A DNA stretch of 64,000 bases from Octopus bimaculoides (GCF_001194135.2 NC_068989.1:48066922-48130921); one strand, 5' to 3'. Numbered from the stretch's first letter, positions 1-13,260 are shown. Notes: generated by a model from the letters alone, not told the origin. Translations and numbers: made by a program.

Positions 1-500
1 TATGATTTCATTAAACCTGACTCATCAATCACGGCCGAAGTATACTGCAGCCAACTGCACCAAATGATGCAGAAACTTACAAAAAAAAACAGCCTAGATT
101 AGTCAACAGATCCACTCTTATTTTATTGCAAGACAACGCCGGACCACACATCGCAAATATGACATTGGCGAAACTACAGTTGGAGTTGAAAGTTAGCCAT
201 CGTCCACCATACTCACCTGATCTTGCCCCCACTGACTACCACTTCTTCCAGAATTTGAATAACTTTTTGATAGGAAAATAATTCAATACCTACAATGCTG
301 TAAAACAGGCCTTCCAAGATTTTATTGACTCTAGATTGCCAGGCTTTTACAGTTCTGGGCTGGACAAGCCACTACTGAAATGGCAAAAGTGTATTGACAA
401 TATGGTGCATACTTTGATGAATAAAACTATTCCTTGTATTTATAAAACATTAGCAAACATTTTTTTATTTTCTACAAATTTCATACTTGACGACCTAATA
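1..500 (+). mobile_element. mariner transposase 3' half (pseudogenised) with right TIR
   Basis: Manual translation with frameshifts: ...LILLQDNAGPH...HRPPYSPDLAPTDYHFF...KWQKCIDN-GAYFDE*. These are the mariner QDNA and YSPDLAP.DY motifs. The sequence then ends in TIR-like ...ttcatacttgacgacctaaTA at 500. Confidence 0.9.
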
Positions 501-664
501 TGTAGCATTTGATGTATATATCTATTTATGATACTAGGCACTTCAAGTTATTTCTCGTAGCTCACGTTTATTCGTGGAAAGACTCAATGCTAGAATTAGC
601 GTATTGGTGTCATATACATATATATAAAAATTATTTTAACTAGGACTTTAAGTCTCGTCAGCCA

Positions 665-803
665 TCAACAGATCCACTCCTATTTTATTGCAAGACAACG
701 CCAGACCACACATCCCCATTGGCAAAACTACAGGAGTTGGAGTTGGAAGATCACCATCATCCACCATACCTGAACTTGTCTCCGCTGACTACCAATTCTT
801 CCA
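665..803 (+). mobile_element. second, diverged mariner fragment matching ~103-250
   Basis: tcaacagatccactc.tattttattgcaagacaacgcc.gaccacacat...ccaccatac...ctgactacca.ttcttcca recurs at both places, with small deletions in this copy. Confidence 0.85.
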
Positions 804-2310
804 CATGCCGCCACATTTTCAGTAAACCATCAAGCAAAATGTGAAGTCTTAGTTACAACGAATTATATTCTATGCATGCATACATGCATGCATACATACA
901 TACATACATACATACATACATTCATACTTAAATCTACACGTATATACATATATAAGTGGAATCATCTATATGCGTTTATATTTATATGTGTGTCTATGTG
1001 TCTGTGTGATATATATATATATAACAGGAATCAGTGTAAAAATACATTATGCAATATATATCGTAAACAATTTAAAATTACTTACGAATATATCAGTGGC
1101 GAGAACATACAATGAATTTTATTTTATTTTTTTTTTTCATAAAAGAGGAGTGTATAAAAACGAGTAATTCACAATTATAACCGAAAGGGTTAAAAAGACC
1201 CTTTCATGACTTCGAAATTGCAATGGAGGACTAACATTTAAATTTTGAACTTTTATGTGAGGTCGCTCGCCGACAGCTTTAATGGTTGAGGAAATATAAT
1301 ATGAGTGTTTATAGTGGCTTTATAGCGTTTTGACTGCTATTTCTAGGCATGTAAGAGTTTTTATAACACTCTCCGTTATAAGTGTAACTTATTCACATTT
1401 ATACACTCTTCTTTTATATACATATATATGTGTGTGTGTACGTATATATATATANNNNNNNNNNNNNNNNNNNNNNNNNNNNNNNNNNNNNNNNNNNNNN
1501 NNNNNNNNNNNNNNNNNNNNNNNNNNNNNNNNNNNNNNNNNNNNNNNNNNNNNNNNNNNNNNNNNNNNNNNNNNNNNNNNNNNNNNNNNNNNNNNNNNNN
1601 NNNNNNNNNNNNNNNNNNNNNNNNNNNNNNNNNNNNNNNNNNNNNNNNNNNNNNNNNNNNNNNNNNNNNNNNNNNNNNNNNNNNNNNNNNNNNNNNNNNN
1701 NNNNNNNNNNNNNNNNNNNNNNNNNNNNNNNNNNNNNNNNNNNNNNNNNNNNNNNNNNNNNNNNNNNNNNNNNNNNNNNNNNNNNNNNNNNNNNNNNNNN
1801 NNNNNNNNNNNNNNNNNNNNNNNNNNNNNNNNNNNNNNNNNNNNNNNNNNNNNNNNNNNNNNNNNNNNNNNNNNNNNNNNNNNNNNNNNNNNNNNNNNNN
1901 NNNNNNNNNNNNNNNNNNNNNNNNNNNNNNNNNNNNNNNNNNNNNNNNNNNNNNNNNNNNNNNNNNNNNNNNNNNNNNNNNNNNNNNNNNNNNNNNNNNN
2001 NNNNNNNNNNNNNNNNNNNNNNNNNNNNNNNNNNNNNNNNNNNNNNNNNNNNNNNNNNNNNNNNNNNNNNNNNNNNNNNNNNNNNNNNNNNNNNNNNNNN
2101 NNNNNNNNNNNNNNNNNNNNNNNNNNNNNNNNNNNNNNNNNNNNNNNNNNNNNNNNNNNNNNNNNNNNNNNNNNNNNNNNNNNNNNNNNNNNNNNNNNNN
2201 NNNNNNNNNNNNNNNNNNNNNNNNNNNNNNNNNNNNNNNNNNNNNNNNNNNNNNNNNNNNNNNNNNNNNNNNNNNNNNNNNNNNNNNNNNNNNNNNNNNN
2301 NNNNNNNNNN

Positions 2311-2346
<36 letters not shown>

Positions 2347-2888
2347 CGTATTCATGTACTTGTTAAGAGGATCCAGCGTGCCTGACGAAGAGATATCTAG
2401 ATTGCAACACTATGAAACATCTTTTTTCCGTTTGATATTTTGGGGAATTATGTTGTTATGTAAGCAGTTCAGTTACTACAAATGTAAAACATGAATAAAC
2501 AAGTCGATATGGTATGTGTAGACAGACGATAGGTTTCATACGACAGAAACACTAATGCGTCCTCAGATGAGTATACAGTTACCTGTCTCATTTTTATTCG
2601 GCGAAAGTGTGATGATATTAATAAATAGATATTGCTCCATAGTAAAATATATAGAACTATATATATACACGCACAAGCATACATACACACATATATATAT
2701 TAAGTATATGTATATACACATATACATACATTTATATGTATATACATATATATACATTTATATGAATATATATATATGAATATATGTATGTCTATATATA
2801 TATATGTGCATGCATGTATGTATGTGTATATATATATATATCTGCATATATATATATATACATATATGTATATGTCTATATATACATA

Positions 2889-3031
2889 TATAGTGGTGTT
2901 GCAAAATTTGACTTGTGCATATTAATTTCCATTATGCCCTTAATATTTTATCAAAACTTCATGCATCTGTTTGTAAAGTTTAGGAAGTTTTTAAAAATTG
3001 AAACCCGTAGTGACTTTTGTGACACCCTGTA
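2889..3031. mobile_element. Tc1/mariner-type MITE
   Basis: Left end TA-tagtggtgttgcaaaa; right end reverse-complements to TA-cagggtgtcacaaaa. Imperfect TIRs, TA flanks, no coding capacity. Confidence 0.6.
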
Positions 3032-4306
3032 CATATATATATTAATTTTGAAAGTGTTGAAAGTGACATTGAAGTTTCATATGACCTGCTGTCATTTTAT
3101 ATGCTTTACTTTGCATTTTCTGATGTTTTTATAGTTTTTAACAACAGCAAATTTGGTCGTTGGATTAAGAAGATGATAATTTGATGTGGTGTACGTAAAC
3201 AAGAGAACTGGTTGTACAAGAAGAGAGAAATCCTTATAGACAATCCATCTGTCTTGATGACGGCGGATAATGCGAATCATCGAATTAATTTAAAAGACAA
3301 TACAAATTTACTTTTCTAAAATGTACTAAGTGATCCTTCAAATTAATATTACATTACATTACTCATATATATATNNNNNNNNNNNNNNNNNNNNNNNNNN
3401 NNNNNNNNNNNNNNNNNNNNNNNNNNNNNNNNNNNNNNNNNNNNNNNNNNNNNNNNNNNNNNNNNNNNNNNNNNNNNNNNNNNNNNNNNNNNNNNNNNNN
3501 NNNNNNNNNNNNNNNNNNNNNNNNNNNNNNNNNNNNNNNNNNNNNNNNNNNNNNNNNNNNNNNNNNNNNNNNNNNNNNNNNNNNNNNNNNNNNNNNNNNN
3601 NNNNNNNNNNNNNNNNNNNNNNNNNNNNNNNNNNNNNNNNNNNNNNNNNNNNNNNNNNNNNNNNNNNNNNNNNNNNNNNNNNNNNNNNNNNNNNNNNNNN
3701 NNNNNNNNNNNNNNNNNNNNNNNNNNNNNNNNNNNNNNNNNNNNNNNNNNNNNNNNNNNNNNNNNNNNNNNNNNNNNNNNNNNNNNNNNNNNNNNNNNNN
3801 NNNNNNNNNNNNNNNNNNNNNNNNNNNNNNNNNNNNNNNNNNNNNNNNNNNNNNNNNNNNNNNNNNNNNNNNNNNNNNNNNNNNNNNNNNNNNNNNNNNN
3901 NNNNNNNNNNNNNNNNNNNNNNNNNNNNNNNNNNNNNNNNNNNNNNNNNNNNNNNNNNNNNNNNNNNNNNNNNNNNNNNNNNNNNNNNNNNNNNNNNNNN
4001 NNNNNNNNNNNNNNNNNNNNNNNNNNNNNNNNNNNNNNNNNNNNNNNNNNNNNNNNNNNNNNNNNNNNNNNNNNNNNNNNNNNNNNNNNNNNNNNNNNNN
4101 NNNNNNNNNNNNNNNNNNNNNNNNNNNNNNNNNNNNNNNNNNNNNNNNNNNNNNNNNNNNNNNNNNNNNNNNNNNNNNNNNNNNNNNNNNNNNNNNNNNN
4201 NNNNNNNNNNNNNNNNNNNNNNNNNNNNNNNNNNNNNNNNNNNNNNNNNNNNNNNNNNNNNNNNNNNNNNNNNNNNNNNNNNNNNNNNNNNNNNNNNNNN
4301 NNNNNN

Positions 4307-4369
<63 letters not shown>

Positions 4370-4435
4370 ATATAGGCTTATGTATTTGCCTTGCAAGATT
4401 CTTGATGTGAAATTGTGTGTTGAAGCAGATATTCA

Positions 4436-4644
4436 TATATTTGGGGATGGTCATTCTCAGAATGGGCTAAACAGAGCAGGTGTAGACACGTCGGAGCAAG
4501 ATTCGTTGAAAAGGTTCGAGGATGTGTGACGAAAGATATTAGACAAAGGCACTAAGATACGAATAATAATCATAAAGTTGAATGTAAGAACGAGTACATA
4601 GTGCGTGTAGTTAATTGACAAGAAAATGACCATCCCCAAATATA
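4436..4644. mobile_element. MITE with 23-bp TIRs and TA ends
   Basis: tatatttggggatggtcattctc (4436-4458) vs gaaaatgaccatccccaaatata (4622-4644): 22/23 reverse-complement match around a non-coding interior. Confidence 0.8.
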
Positions 4645-5754
4645 ACAATATAGAGATGTGTGTGTGTGTGTATGCATGCGTGTTAGTATACATATATTTA
4701 TGTATGAATATGTATATGTTTGCATCTATCAATGTATTCACCTAGATATTTTGATATACATATGCAGTTATTTCAAACTGCATAGGTATTTAAATACATC
4801 CATAAAGACGTGGGCGCATTCAAAACATCACACAATGAAAGTAAATACAGTTGGAGAGATGACAATCTCATTTGCCAGAATATCTAAGTAGACATATCTC
4901 AATTCTCTGTTTCAAGAGAAGGCTGCATGTTTCAGATATGTGCCCATATAGTATAAATGGGTGTATACGTGTATGCTTGTAGCGAATACATATATATTTG
5001 TGTGTGTGTGTGTGTGTATGTCTGCACGTATGTATATNNNNNNNNNNNNNNNNNNNNNNNNNNNNNNNNNNNNNNNNNNNNNNNNNNNNNNNNNNNNNNN
5101 NNNNNNNNNNNNNNNNNNNNNNNNNNNNNNNNNNNNNNNNNNNNNNNNNNNNNNNNNNNNNNNNNNNNNNNNNNNNNNNNNNNNNNNNNNNNNNNNNNNN
5201 NNNNNNNNNNNNNNNNNNNNNNNNNNNNNNNNNNNNNNNNNNNNNNNNNNNNNNNNNNNNNNNNNNNNNNNNNNNNNNNNNNNNNNNNNNNNNNNNNNNN
5301 NNNNNNNNNNNNNNNNNNNNNNNNNNNNNNNNNNNNNNNNNNNNNNNNNNNNNNNNNNNNNNNNNNNNNNNNNNNNNNNNNNNNNNNNNNNNNNNNNNNN
5401 NNNNNNNNNNNNNNNNNNNNNNNNNNNNNNNNNNNNNNNNNNNNNNNNNNNNNNNNNNNNNNNNNNNNNNNNNNNNNNNNNNNNNNNNNNNNNNNNNNNN
5501 NNNNNNNNNNNNNNNNNNNNNNNNNNNNNNNNNNNNNNNNNNNNNNNNNNNNNNNNNNNNNNNNNNNNNNNNNNNNNNNNNNNNNNNNNNNNNNNNNNNN
5601 NNNNNNNNNNNNNNNNNNNNNNNNNNNNNNNNNNNNNNNNNNNNNNNNNNNNNNNNNNNNNNNNNNNNNNNNNNNNNNNNNNNNNNNNNNNNNNNNNNNN
5701 NNNNNNNNNNNNNNNNNNNNNNNNNNNNNNNNNNNNNNNNNNNNNNNNNNNNNN

Positions 5755-5796
<42 letters not shown>

Positions 5797-6074
5797 CAGG
5801 CCTTTTCCTTGATCCCCCTGAAAAATCAATATTTTTTTATCCGATGTCGTTTACGCTTGGAATATACATCACTTATGTTCCAGATATGGTCATAGACTCT
5901 TCAAATTTACCACATAATAAGTAATGTCACCCTATGGGACGAAAACACATTCTAATTGGTAAATAACAAATACCACCGATCGTTGCTTGAAAGGACATTA
6001 CTCTTGATGACGTAGTTATGCTGCTTTCACTTCGTCTTCTACTACAGATTTTATAATGCCTCTCCACTGCCAAT

Positions 6075-6265
6075 TGCCGATATTTGCACATCAGCACTTC
6101 CGTTAGGTAGCCATGCAATTTAAATCAACTTTTAATTATTTTTTAACTTGTGACAGTTATACAGTTTTCACAATGCCCATTCACTACAAGCTGCCGATAT
6201 TTGCATGTTAGCACTTCCTTGAAGTAGACATGCAATTTAAATCAACTTTTATTTAATTTTTAAAT
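6075..6265. repeat. diverged ~117-bp-period tandem duplication
   Basis: tgccgatatttgca...agcacttcc...gtag.catgcaatttaaatcaactttta starts at both 6075 and 6192. Confidence 0.8.
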
Positions 6266-6435
6266 AACTTAAGACAATTTTTAGCCAGAATGCCCCAAGG
6301 CTCAAACGTGTCAACCCTTCCTAAGGCTATTGTGACAATTTTCAGAAATCACTCAGCAAACAGCAGTACGACAAACATCATTCCAGGCATTCGACTTAAC
6401 CCCCTCTCTACCTTCACTTTGCAGATAACCGTGCA

Positions 6436-6819
6436 ATGCCACCTAGGAAAAAGAGAGCTCACATTGGCAGAGTGTCCCACGCTGCCGTCAAAACCAGAAG
6501 ATGTCAGGATAACGAAATTCAAGACCAGATGTTCCAGAAGGCTGCCTACGATGCCGCTGCTAATGCAGTACACGCACCTGCAACTTCTGCAACCGTTAAG
6601 GCTTCGTAGTCTGAAGAACTTTTGGATCACCGAGTCAGTCATGCTGCAGCTGTTGCTGCAGCCAAGGCTACCGAGTCACCTCAACAACGGAGTATCTCGT
6701 TGGCGCGTCTTGCCAAAAATGCTTCAGCTGCAAGGGCTACAGTCTCTCCACAACAGTGCACATCCCAAAGGAAGCGTAATACTGAAATACAATACACATT
6801 TGACGCTTCCAAAAGCTAA
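6436..6819 (+). pseudogene. Helitron RepHel-like N-terminal fragment (one in-frame stop)
   Basis: One frame reads MPPRKKRAHIGRVSHAAVKTRRCQDNE...VKAS*SEELLDHRVSHAAAVAAAKATESPQQRSISLARLAKNASAARATVSPQQ, with TAG at 6607-6609. The basic MP.RKR..IGR start and repeated RA.ES/T.PQQR units resemble animal Helitron N-termini. No Rep or helicase motifs follow. Confidence 0.5.
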
Positions 6820-7304
6820 AAATTACTAAGCTTGTTTCCGTATGTTGTTGCATATATATATATATATATATATACGGTTTAGATATAGATTCAAGGCTTG
6901 AATATGGTACTTATGCGAAGGCACCCGAATTTCACATCCCAAAAGGATGGGTGATTAAAATCAAATAATAAGCAACACGGATTTCAAAAGTGATTGCAGT
7001 ACGCACGTTTCATGCTACTTCAATTTATTTAAGTAATGTGAGCATTACCTTAAATGCAATATGAAGAGCAATCTTTAGCTGCACGAAAAAATGTAGAAAA
7101 AAGACATATNNNNNNNNNNNNNNNNNNNNNNNNNNNNNNNNNNNNNNNNNNNNNNNNNNNNNNNNNNNNNNNNNNNNNNNNNNNNNNNNNNNNNNNNNNN
7201 NNNNNNNNNNNNNNNNNNNNNNNNNNNNNNNNNNNNNNNNNNNNNNNNNNNNNNNNNNNNNNNNNNNNNNNNNNNNTATAGATATATATATATATATATA
7301 TATA

Positions 7305-7971
7305 TGGACCAGCAGCAGAGATCACTCCCCGTACCATAACACTGCCTCCTCCATATTTCACTGTCTTCTTCACACATGCATAAAATAACATTTTGCCACT
7401 TCTTCGTCGGATGTACATCCCGCCATCGGAACCAATCACTTCGATTCATCATTAAAATGAACCTGCGATCACTGTTCTTCTGTCTAAACTGGCTCTTTGA
7501 ATCTTCTTGGAGATCAGAGGTTTCTTTGCCGGTGCCCGAGCAAGCAACCAGAACTTCGTAACCTCCGAGAAACTGTTTTGCGTGAAACGTTGACATCGGA
7601 ACTCGTAGGATATCTCAGCAGCACTCTTAACCCTATTCTTCAGTGACAATCTAACCATAATACGATCCTGTATTGAAGTTTTATACACACATATATATGT
7701 ATGTATGTATGTACGACACAAAAGAAAAAGACCTGAAAATCCAAGCAAAATACATTATAAGCACTCTGTAGGGATCTAAATTGACCAGTAAAAACCACTG
7801 TGGCCCATGTCCGCCGTAAATTTATTTTCCCTTGCTTGTCCAGTTTGCTGATTCGAAATCTAACCACCGAATAAATATTGTATATGACCACAGAGTATTG
7901 TAGAAAAGTACAAAATAATGAAAAAATATGCATTATTTAATCAGCTTACGCACGTTTTGGATAGACTTGTA
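7305..7971 (-). mobile_element. Tc1-like transposase fragment with probable 5' TIR
   Basis: Minus-strand ORFs give ...SLKNRVKSAAEI...ARAPAKKPLISKK and MIGSDGGMYIRRR...KKTVKYGGGSVMVRGVISAAGP, the Tc1 'TVKHGGGSVMVWG' motif. A putative left end TAcaagtctatccaaaacg reads from 7971. Confidence 0.85.
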
Positions 7972-8334
7972 AATACTTTAATCGAATATATATATAAGCA
8001 AACAAAATACAGAGTCCGTCTTTAAAAAGATATCCTTTGAGTCTGAAAATAAACTCAAACTACCATTCAAAGAAGAGGACAGAAAGAGTTGTTTGTTTGT
8101 CTGGAGAGTTATAATAATGAACTCAATAAATTCGAAAAAAATTAACTTCAGTGTTATAATTAACATAATAAAATAGGGCCATTTTCGAAGGAAAGAGCTC
8201 ATTAACAGCAGAATCTTAGTAAGTAAGTAACGTGAACAATTTCAAAGGATGTTCATCTCTCGCAGTACTTATACCAATAAATAAACTAGTTTTACTTAGG
8301 GAAGTGACAACCATTGATTACGTCGACGTATAAT

Positions 8335-8495
8335 AGGAAGATGTAATAACAGCCCTTGATGAAATTAGCTTGAGCTTCACAACTAACCCTAATAGTTTTC
8401 CAGTGAGTTTCTTAAAGACTGCCAAGAAACTCTAGCAAGACCGCTGCAGATATGTTTCTATAGCTTCCTTGCAAGTTGGAAGCTTCTCAAAATCT
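8335..8495 (+). mobile_element. LINE (CR1/L2/Jockey-like) ORF2 pre-RT fragment
   Basis: With one frameshift: EDVITALDEISLSFTTNPNSFPVSFLKDCQETLARPLQICFYSFLASWKLLK. This matches the 'DV..A...L....A.GPDG.P...LK.C...LA.PL..LF..SL..G' linker. Confidence 0.6.
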
Positions 8496-9420
8496 CTAAC
8501 TAGAATGCAAAATGTTCGAACTATAAAGGCGTTATCAGAACATTAACCTTAGTTTCTCTAGTTAATGACCCACAAAGATTTGAAGACTTGCTGAAGCACT
8601 GAGCGACAAAGATGAACATTTGTTTGAAACTGAACATTTGTTTGAAACTAATTGCATGCTGCCTTTTCGATGAGATTTCTGATGCAATGCTAGATTGTAT
8701 ATGAACGTGTGTCGCGAACTAATAATAGCTTGAAGTGTTTAGCACTATGCATTTAGCAAAATTGTTGTTAATACTCAACCTACGTGTAGTCGGGTAAAAA
8801 GTAATTAAACACGAGAAAGGTGCAAATGAAATATTTATCGAGCAACTGGTGGTGCTGATTGCTTTTAATGGCACACCAAGAAAAATTCATTACGATGCAA
8901 TGAACAACCAATTAAAGAAAATTGTAACTAGATACCTTGCTGCTAAAGATCGACTAATTATCTGCAATCTGTAGGACATAACTAACGAAATTGTAACAGA
9001 TAGTTATTTGATATTTAAAATTTGTTCTGTATTTAAAATTGATCTACATCATTCTATGAAATCATTTCAATACGCAATCGTCCAATGACCGTTCGTACAA
9101 TGTGTGTGTGTGTGTTTTAAGTATCAATGTACGTATTTATGAGTATATGTGAAGGAGTGTAAGTATATATATGGGTGCAGTTTTCTACGAGACATTATAT
9201 TATGTACAGGATTGTGTTCTTGGTCTAGCAAGGCTTTTTTCCATATTTTCCATTGAGTTCCCTTTAATTTCTTCCTTTCTCAGGAGCAGTAAACCTTTTA
9301 AATCCACTATCAATAGCATTGGTATAAGCATTATCTGAATTTCACATTTGACCGTTAGATCTACATACATCACTAGTTACCTGTATATTTTTGCTCGTGA
9401 CTTGTGTTACGTCTTTATTA

Positions 9421-9526
9421 TTTTACTTGTTTCAGTCATTAGATCTCGGCCATGCTGGAGCACCGCCTTAAAGAGCTTTTAGTGGAAAGAATCGGCCCCA
9501 ATACTTTTTTAATCGTGGTACTTATT
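9421..9526 (-). mobile_element. SINE family C 3' fragment
   Basis: Reverse complement contains aggcggtgctccagcatggccg...aatgactgaaacaagtaaaa, shared with the copies at 32830, 35100 and 47645. Confidence 0.8.
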
Positions 9527-9594
9527 GCATGGGTGGTGTAGCAGTGGTGGTGGTGGTGGGAACAGATACACATACACACATGTATAAATATATA

Positions 9595-10336
9595 TACGTG
9601 GTCTGATCAATAAGTAAATCGGGCTGTTGTCATAGTAACGAAGCTAAAGCATGCAGAGTGAAGCCGCTTAAACTCTGCCTCAACTCTGCTGTACATGCGC
9701 ACTAAGTTTTAACGTTCCAGCTCACTTCCGATGTTTACAGCAGTGCTTGGAAGGAATGTGTGTAGCGTGTGATCGCCGCATTGACCATGACAGAGAAAGC
9801 TGAGCAGAGCATCTGCATGAAATTTTGCCAAAAGCTCGGCGATACCTGCTCAGAAGCCTACGCAAGGTTGCCGAAAGTATATGGAGAGGAGTGTATGAGC
9901 TGCACGCAAGTGTACGAGTGGTTCAGGCGTTTCCAAGATGGCCGAAAAAATGTCGATAGTGACAAACGTTCTGGGAAACCCGCAACCAGCAAAACTGAGA
10001 AAAACATCGCAGATGTGTGTGCAGTTGTGAGGGGAAATCGTTGAATCACCATCCGTGTTGTTATTAGAGGATGTGAAAAATAGTTACGGTTCAGTTCAGT
10101 CCATTATCACTAAAGATTTAGGCATGAGACGCGTATCTGCCTAGTTTGTGCTAAAACTGCTTTCAGCTGATCAAAATAACACTCGGGTTTCAACTGATTA
10201 TGTCGAGAACGATGAAAACTTTCTGAAAATGGTCATAACGGGTGATGAATCGTGGGTCTATGGTTATGACCCTGAAACAAAGGCTCAGCCTTCGCAGTGG
10301 AAAACTCCAGCCTCTCCGAGACCGAAGAAAGCATGA
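9595..10336 (+). mobile_element. mariner element 5' part: TIR, HTH domain and first catalytic Asp, truncated
   Basis: TAcgtggtctgatcaataagt TIR-like start. ORF 9769-10044 reads EQSICMKFCQKLG...VYEWFRRFQDGRKNVDSDKRSGKP. ORF 10148-10336 reads FLKMVITGDESWVYGYDPETKAQ.SQWKTPASPRPKKA. The sequence stops there. Confidence 0.92.
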
Positions 10337-12052
10337 ATGACATACCATGCAATCAGAAACAATGAGAATGCATTTAGGTATAACGGAGAATACCTTTAAG
10401 TTTTAATATAGTTTACACACCCATTCGTTTACATTCAGAATATAATAACACCATTCGAAATGTACCTGGTTCCTGAAAGCGATAAGAGAAAGAAATCCCA
10501 CAATAAAGTGAAGTATTATTGCGAAGGCAAAAGAATATAGTGGCTCTGGGATCTACTATCGTATATGTGCAAGGTTAAAAACTATTTTTTGTCTCTAAAT
10601 AGCTGCGTTTTTAAAAGGAAAGAAGAAATCTTTTCTTCATGCCTCCATGCAAAGAATTATAAGCTGTTAATTTTCAGCCATGTTATCATACAAGCATATT
10701 TTGAAATGCAGACTGGTAGAACCCACAATGTACAAACGACTCAAGTAGTAGCATGAGATTCAACTGGTAAAGTTGACTCCCACTAAAATGCCAAGTACAG
10801 TTGTGCCTTCTTTGTGCAATATATGACACAAGCGGTACTTAGGAAATACAACCCACAAACAAAATAATAATTTGATAACAATTTAAGTAAAAGAAAAACT
10901 TTGTCTTTAAGAAAAATGTTCTTTTTCAGTTACGTATTATCGCCCGTTCTGTGTAACTAATTTGCTCTCTGCTAACCAATGAAATGGTGAGGCCCAGAAG
11001 CCATCTTGAATATGTGCACGCCTTTTTTTTTTTTTCTTTTAATGCCAAACTAACATGATTATCTGGTTGATCAAGTAACCATAATACTTGAGGAGGTGGC
11101 AAACTGTATCAGCCAAGTAAATATAGTTATACTCTACACAATGTTCTGAGTACTTCTACACTAGCTCGTTTTAAGCAGTGTGTGATTGTGTGTGTGTAGG
11201 CTTGTATGTATGTGTTAGTATATGTATTTGTATGTACGAATGTACTTATTCATGTGTATTGATGTGTATATATACTTATTTATGTATATATGTATATATA
11301 TATATATATATTATATATATATANNNNNNNNNNNNNNNNNNNNNNNNNNNNNNNNNNNNNNNNNNNNNNNNNNNNNNNNNNNNNNNNNNNNNNNNNNNNN
11401 NNNNNNNNNNNNNNNNNNNNNNNNNNNNNNNNNNNNNNNNNNNNNNNNNNNNNNNNNNNNNNNNNNNNNNNNNNNNNNNNNNNNNNNNNNNNNNNNNNNN
11501 NNNNNNNNNNNNNNNNNNNNNNNNNNNNNNNNNNNNNNNNNNNNNNNNNNNNNNNNNNNNNNNNNNNNNNNNNNNNNNNNNNNNNNNNNNNNNNNNNNNN
11601 NNNNNNNNNNNNNNNNNNNNNNNNNNNNNNNNNNNNNNNNNNNNNNNNNNNNNNNNNNNNNNNNNNNNNNNNNNNNNNNNNNNNNNNNNNNNNNNNNNNN
11701 NNNNNNNNNNNNNNNNNNNNNNNNNNNNNNNNNNNNNNNNNNNNNNNNNNNNNNNNNNNNNNNNNNNNNNNNNNNNNNNNNNNNNNNNNNNNNNNNNNNN
11801 NNNNNNNNNNNNNNNNNNNNNNNNNNNNNNNNNNNNNNNNNNNNNNNNNNNNNNNNNNNNNNNNNNNNNNNNNNNNNNNNNNNNNNNNNNNNNNNNNNNN
11901 NNNNNNNNNNNNNNNNNNNNNNNNNNNNNNNNNNNNNNNNNNNNNNNNNNNNNNNNNNNNNNNNNNNNNNNNNNNNNNNNNNNNNNNNNNNNNNNNNNNN
12001 NNNNNNNNNNNNNNNNNNNNNNNNNNNNNNNNNNNNNNNNNNNNNNNNNNNN

Positions 12053-12104
<52 letters not shown>

Positions 12105-13130
12105 CATACACACATACACATACACACACATGCACATACACACAGACATACCCACATACATATACTTGTGTGCGTGTATATATATATATACACACATACA
12201 TACATACATACATACATACATACATACATACATACATACAAATACTCACCCGTAATTATATGTATGAATATATGAACATATGATTATATATACATACAGA
12301 CACACATACGCACATATACATACATATATACGTATATATGTATGTACATATATATGTGTGTGTGTATGTGTGTATGCATGTATATATTTATGTGTAAGTA
12401 TATATATATGTGTGTGTGTATATATATATATATTATGACGCACATATTTATGTTGATAAATATATATGTATATATGTGGTGTGTGCGTGCGTGTGTCTGT
12501 GTCTGTGTGTGTGTGTGTGTATGCGTATGTATACGTGAGTATATATGCGTGAATATGTATGTATGTGTGTGTGTGTGTGTGTGTCTGAGTGTTTATAATT
12601 GCTGTCTGTTGCCTGCAAGTGTAGTTAAGTGTGTAGATATTCTCTATCTCCCTGTCTGTGTTTATGCCTGGCAGTGACTATATCCCTGTCTAATGACTAG
12701 CAAAGTCTGAGTCGTTAGTACACGTAAAATAGATTTAAAGCCAAGAATAAATAAGTTTTCTCTATAAATTACAACTGTATACGTCAAGAGGAAGTTGAAA
12801 AAACCGTCATGTGATTCGTTGAACATTCCTAGTGGGTATATTGATAATGTCGGTAGCCAGTGAGCGTAAGACAGTGTGTATAACAATAGTAAACACACAA
12901 TAATTGTAAGTGTACAGACATACCCATATATATATATATACACACATGTGTATATATATATATATATATATATACACACTCATGCATATATTCATTTATA
13001 TATGGATACATATAAACTTATATATATATGTGTGTGTGTATGTATTCGTATACTTATATATATATGTGTGCGTGTGTCAGTATGTCTATGTGTCTGTGTG
13101 TCTGTGTCTGTGTGAGCATGTGTGCATATA

Positions 13131-13247
13131 TATATATATATATATGCACATAAACATATGTACATATGCATATGTGTATGTATACATACATATATATATA
13201 TATATATATATGCACATAAACATATGTACATATGCATATGTGTATGT

Positions 13248-13260
<13 letters not shown>
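13131..13260. repeat. higher-order duplication within (AT)n/(GT)n microsatellite
   Basis: tatatgcacataaacatatgtacatatgcatatgtgtatgtatacatacata occurs twice in tandem. Confidence 0.8.

Noticed and set aside
2370-2425. CTGACGA...GAAAcatc hammerhead-like spacing
   Set aside because: No convincing stem I or stem II.
10464-10500. Minus-strand polypyrimidine tract + AG | GAACCAG | GTACAT, a possible 7-nt microexon
   Set aside because: Weak donor, no neighbouring exons identified, and such motifs arise by chance; needs RNA-seq.
10960-11015. CCAAT box next to a gccatcttg (YY1-like) motif; a similar aagatggc at ~45173
   Set aside because: Short motifs with no identifiable downstream gene.
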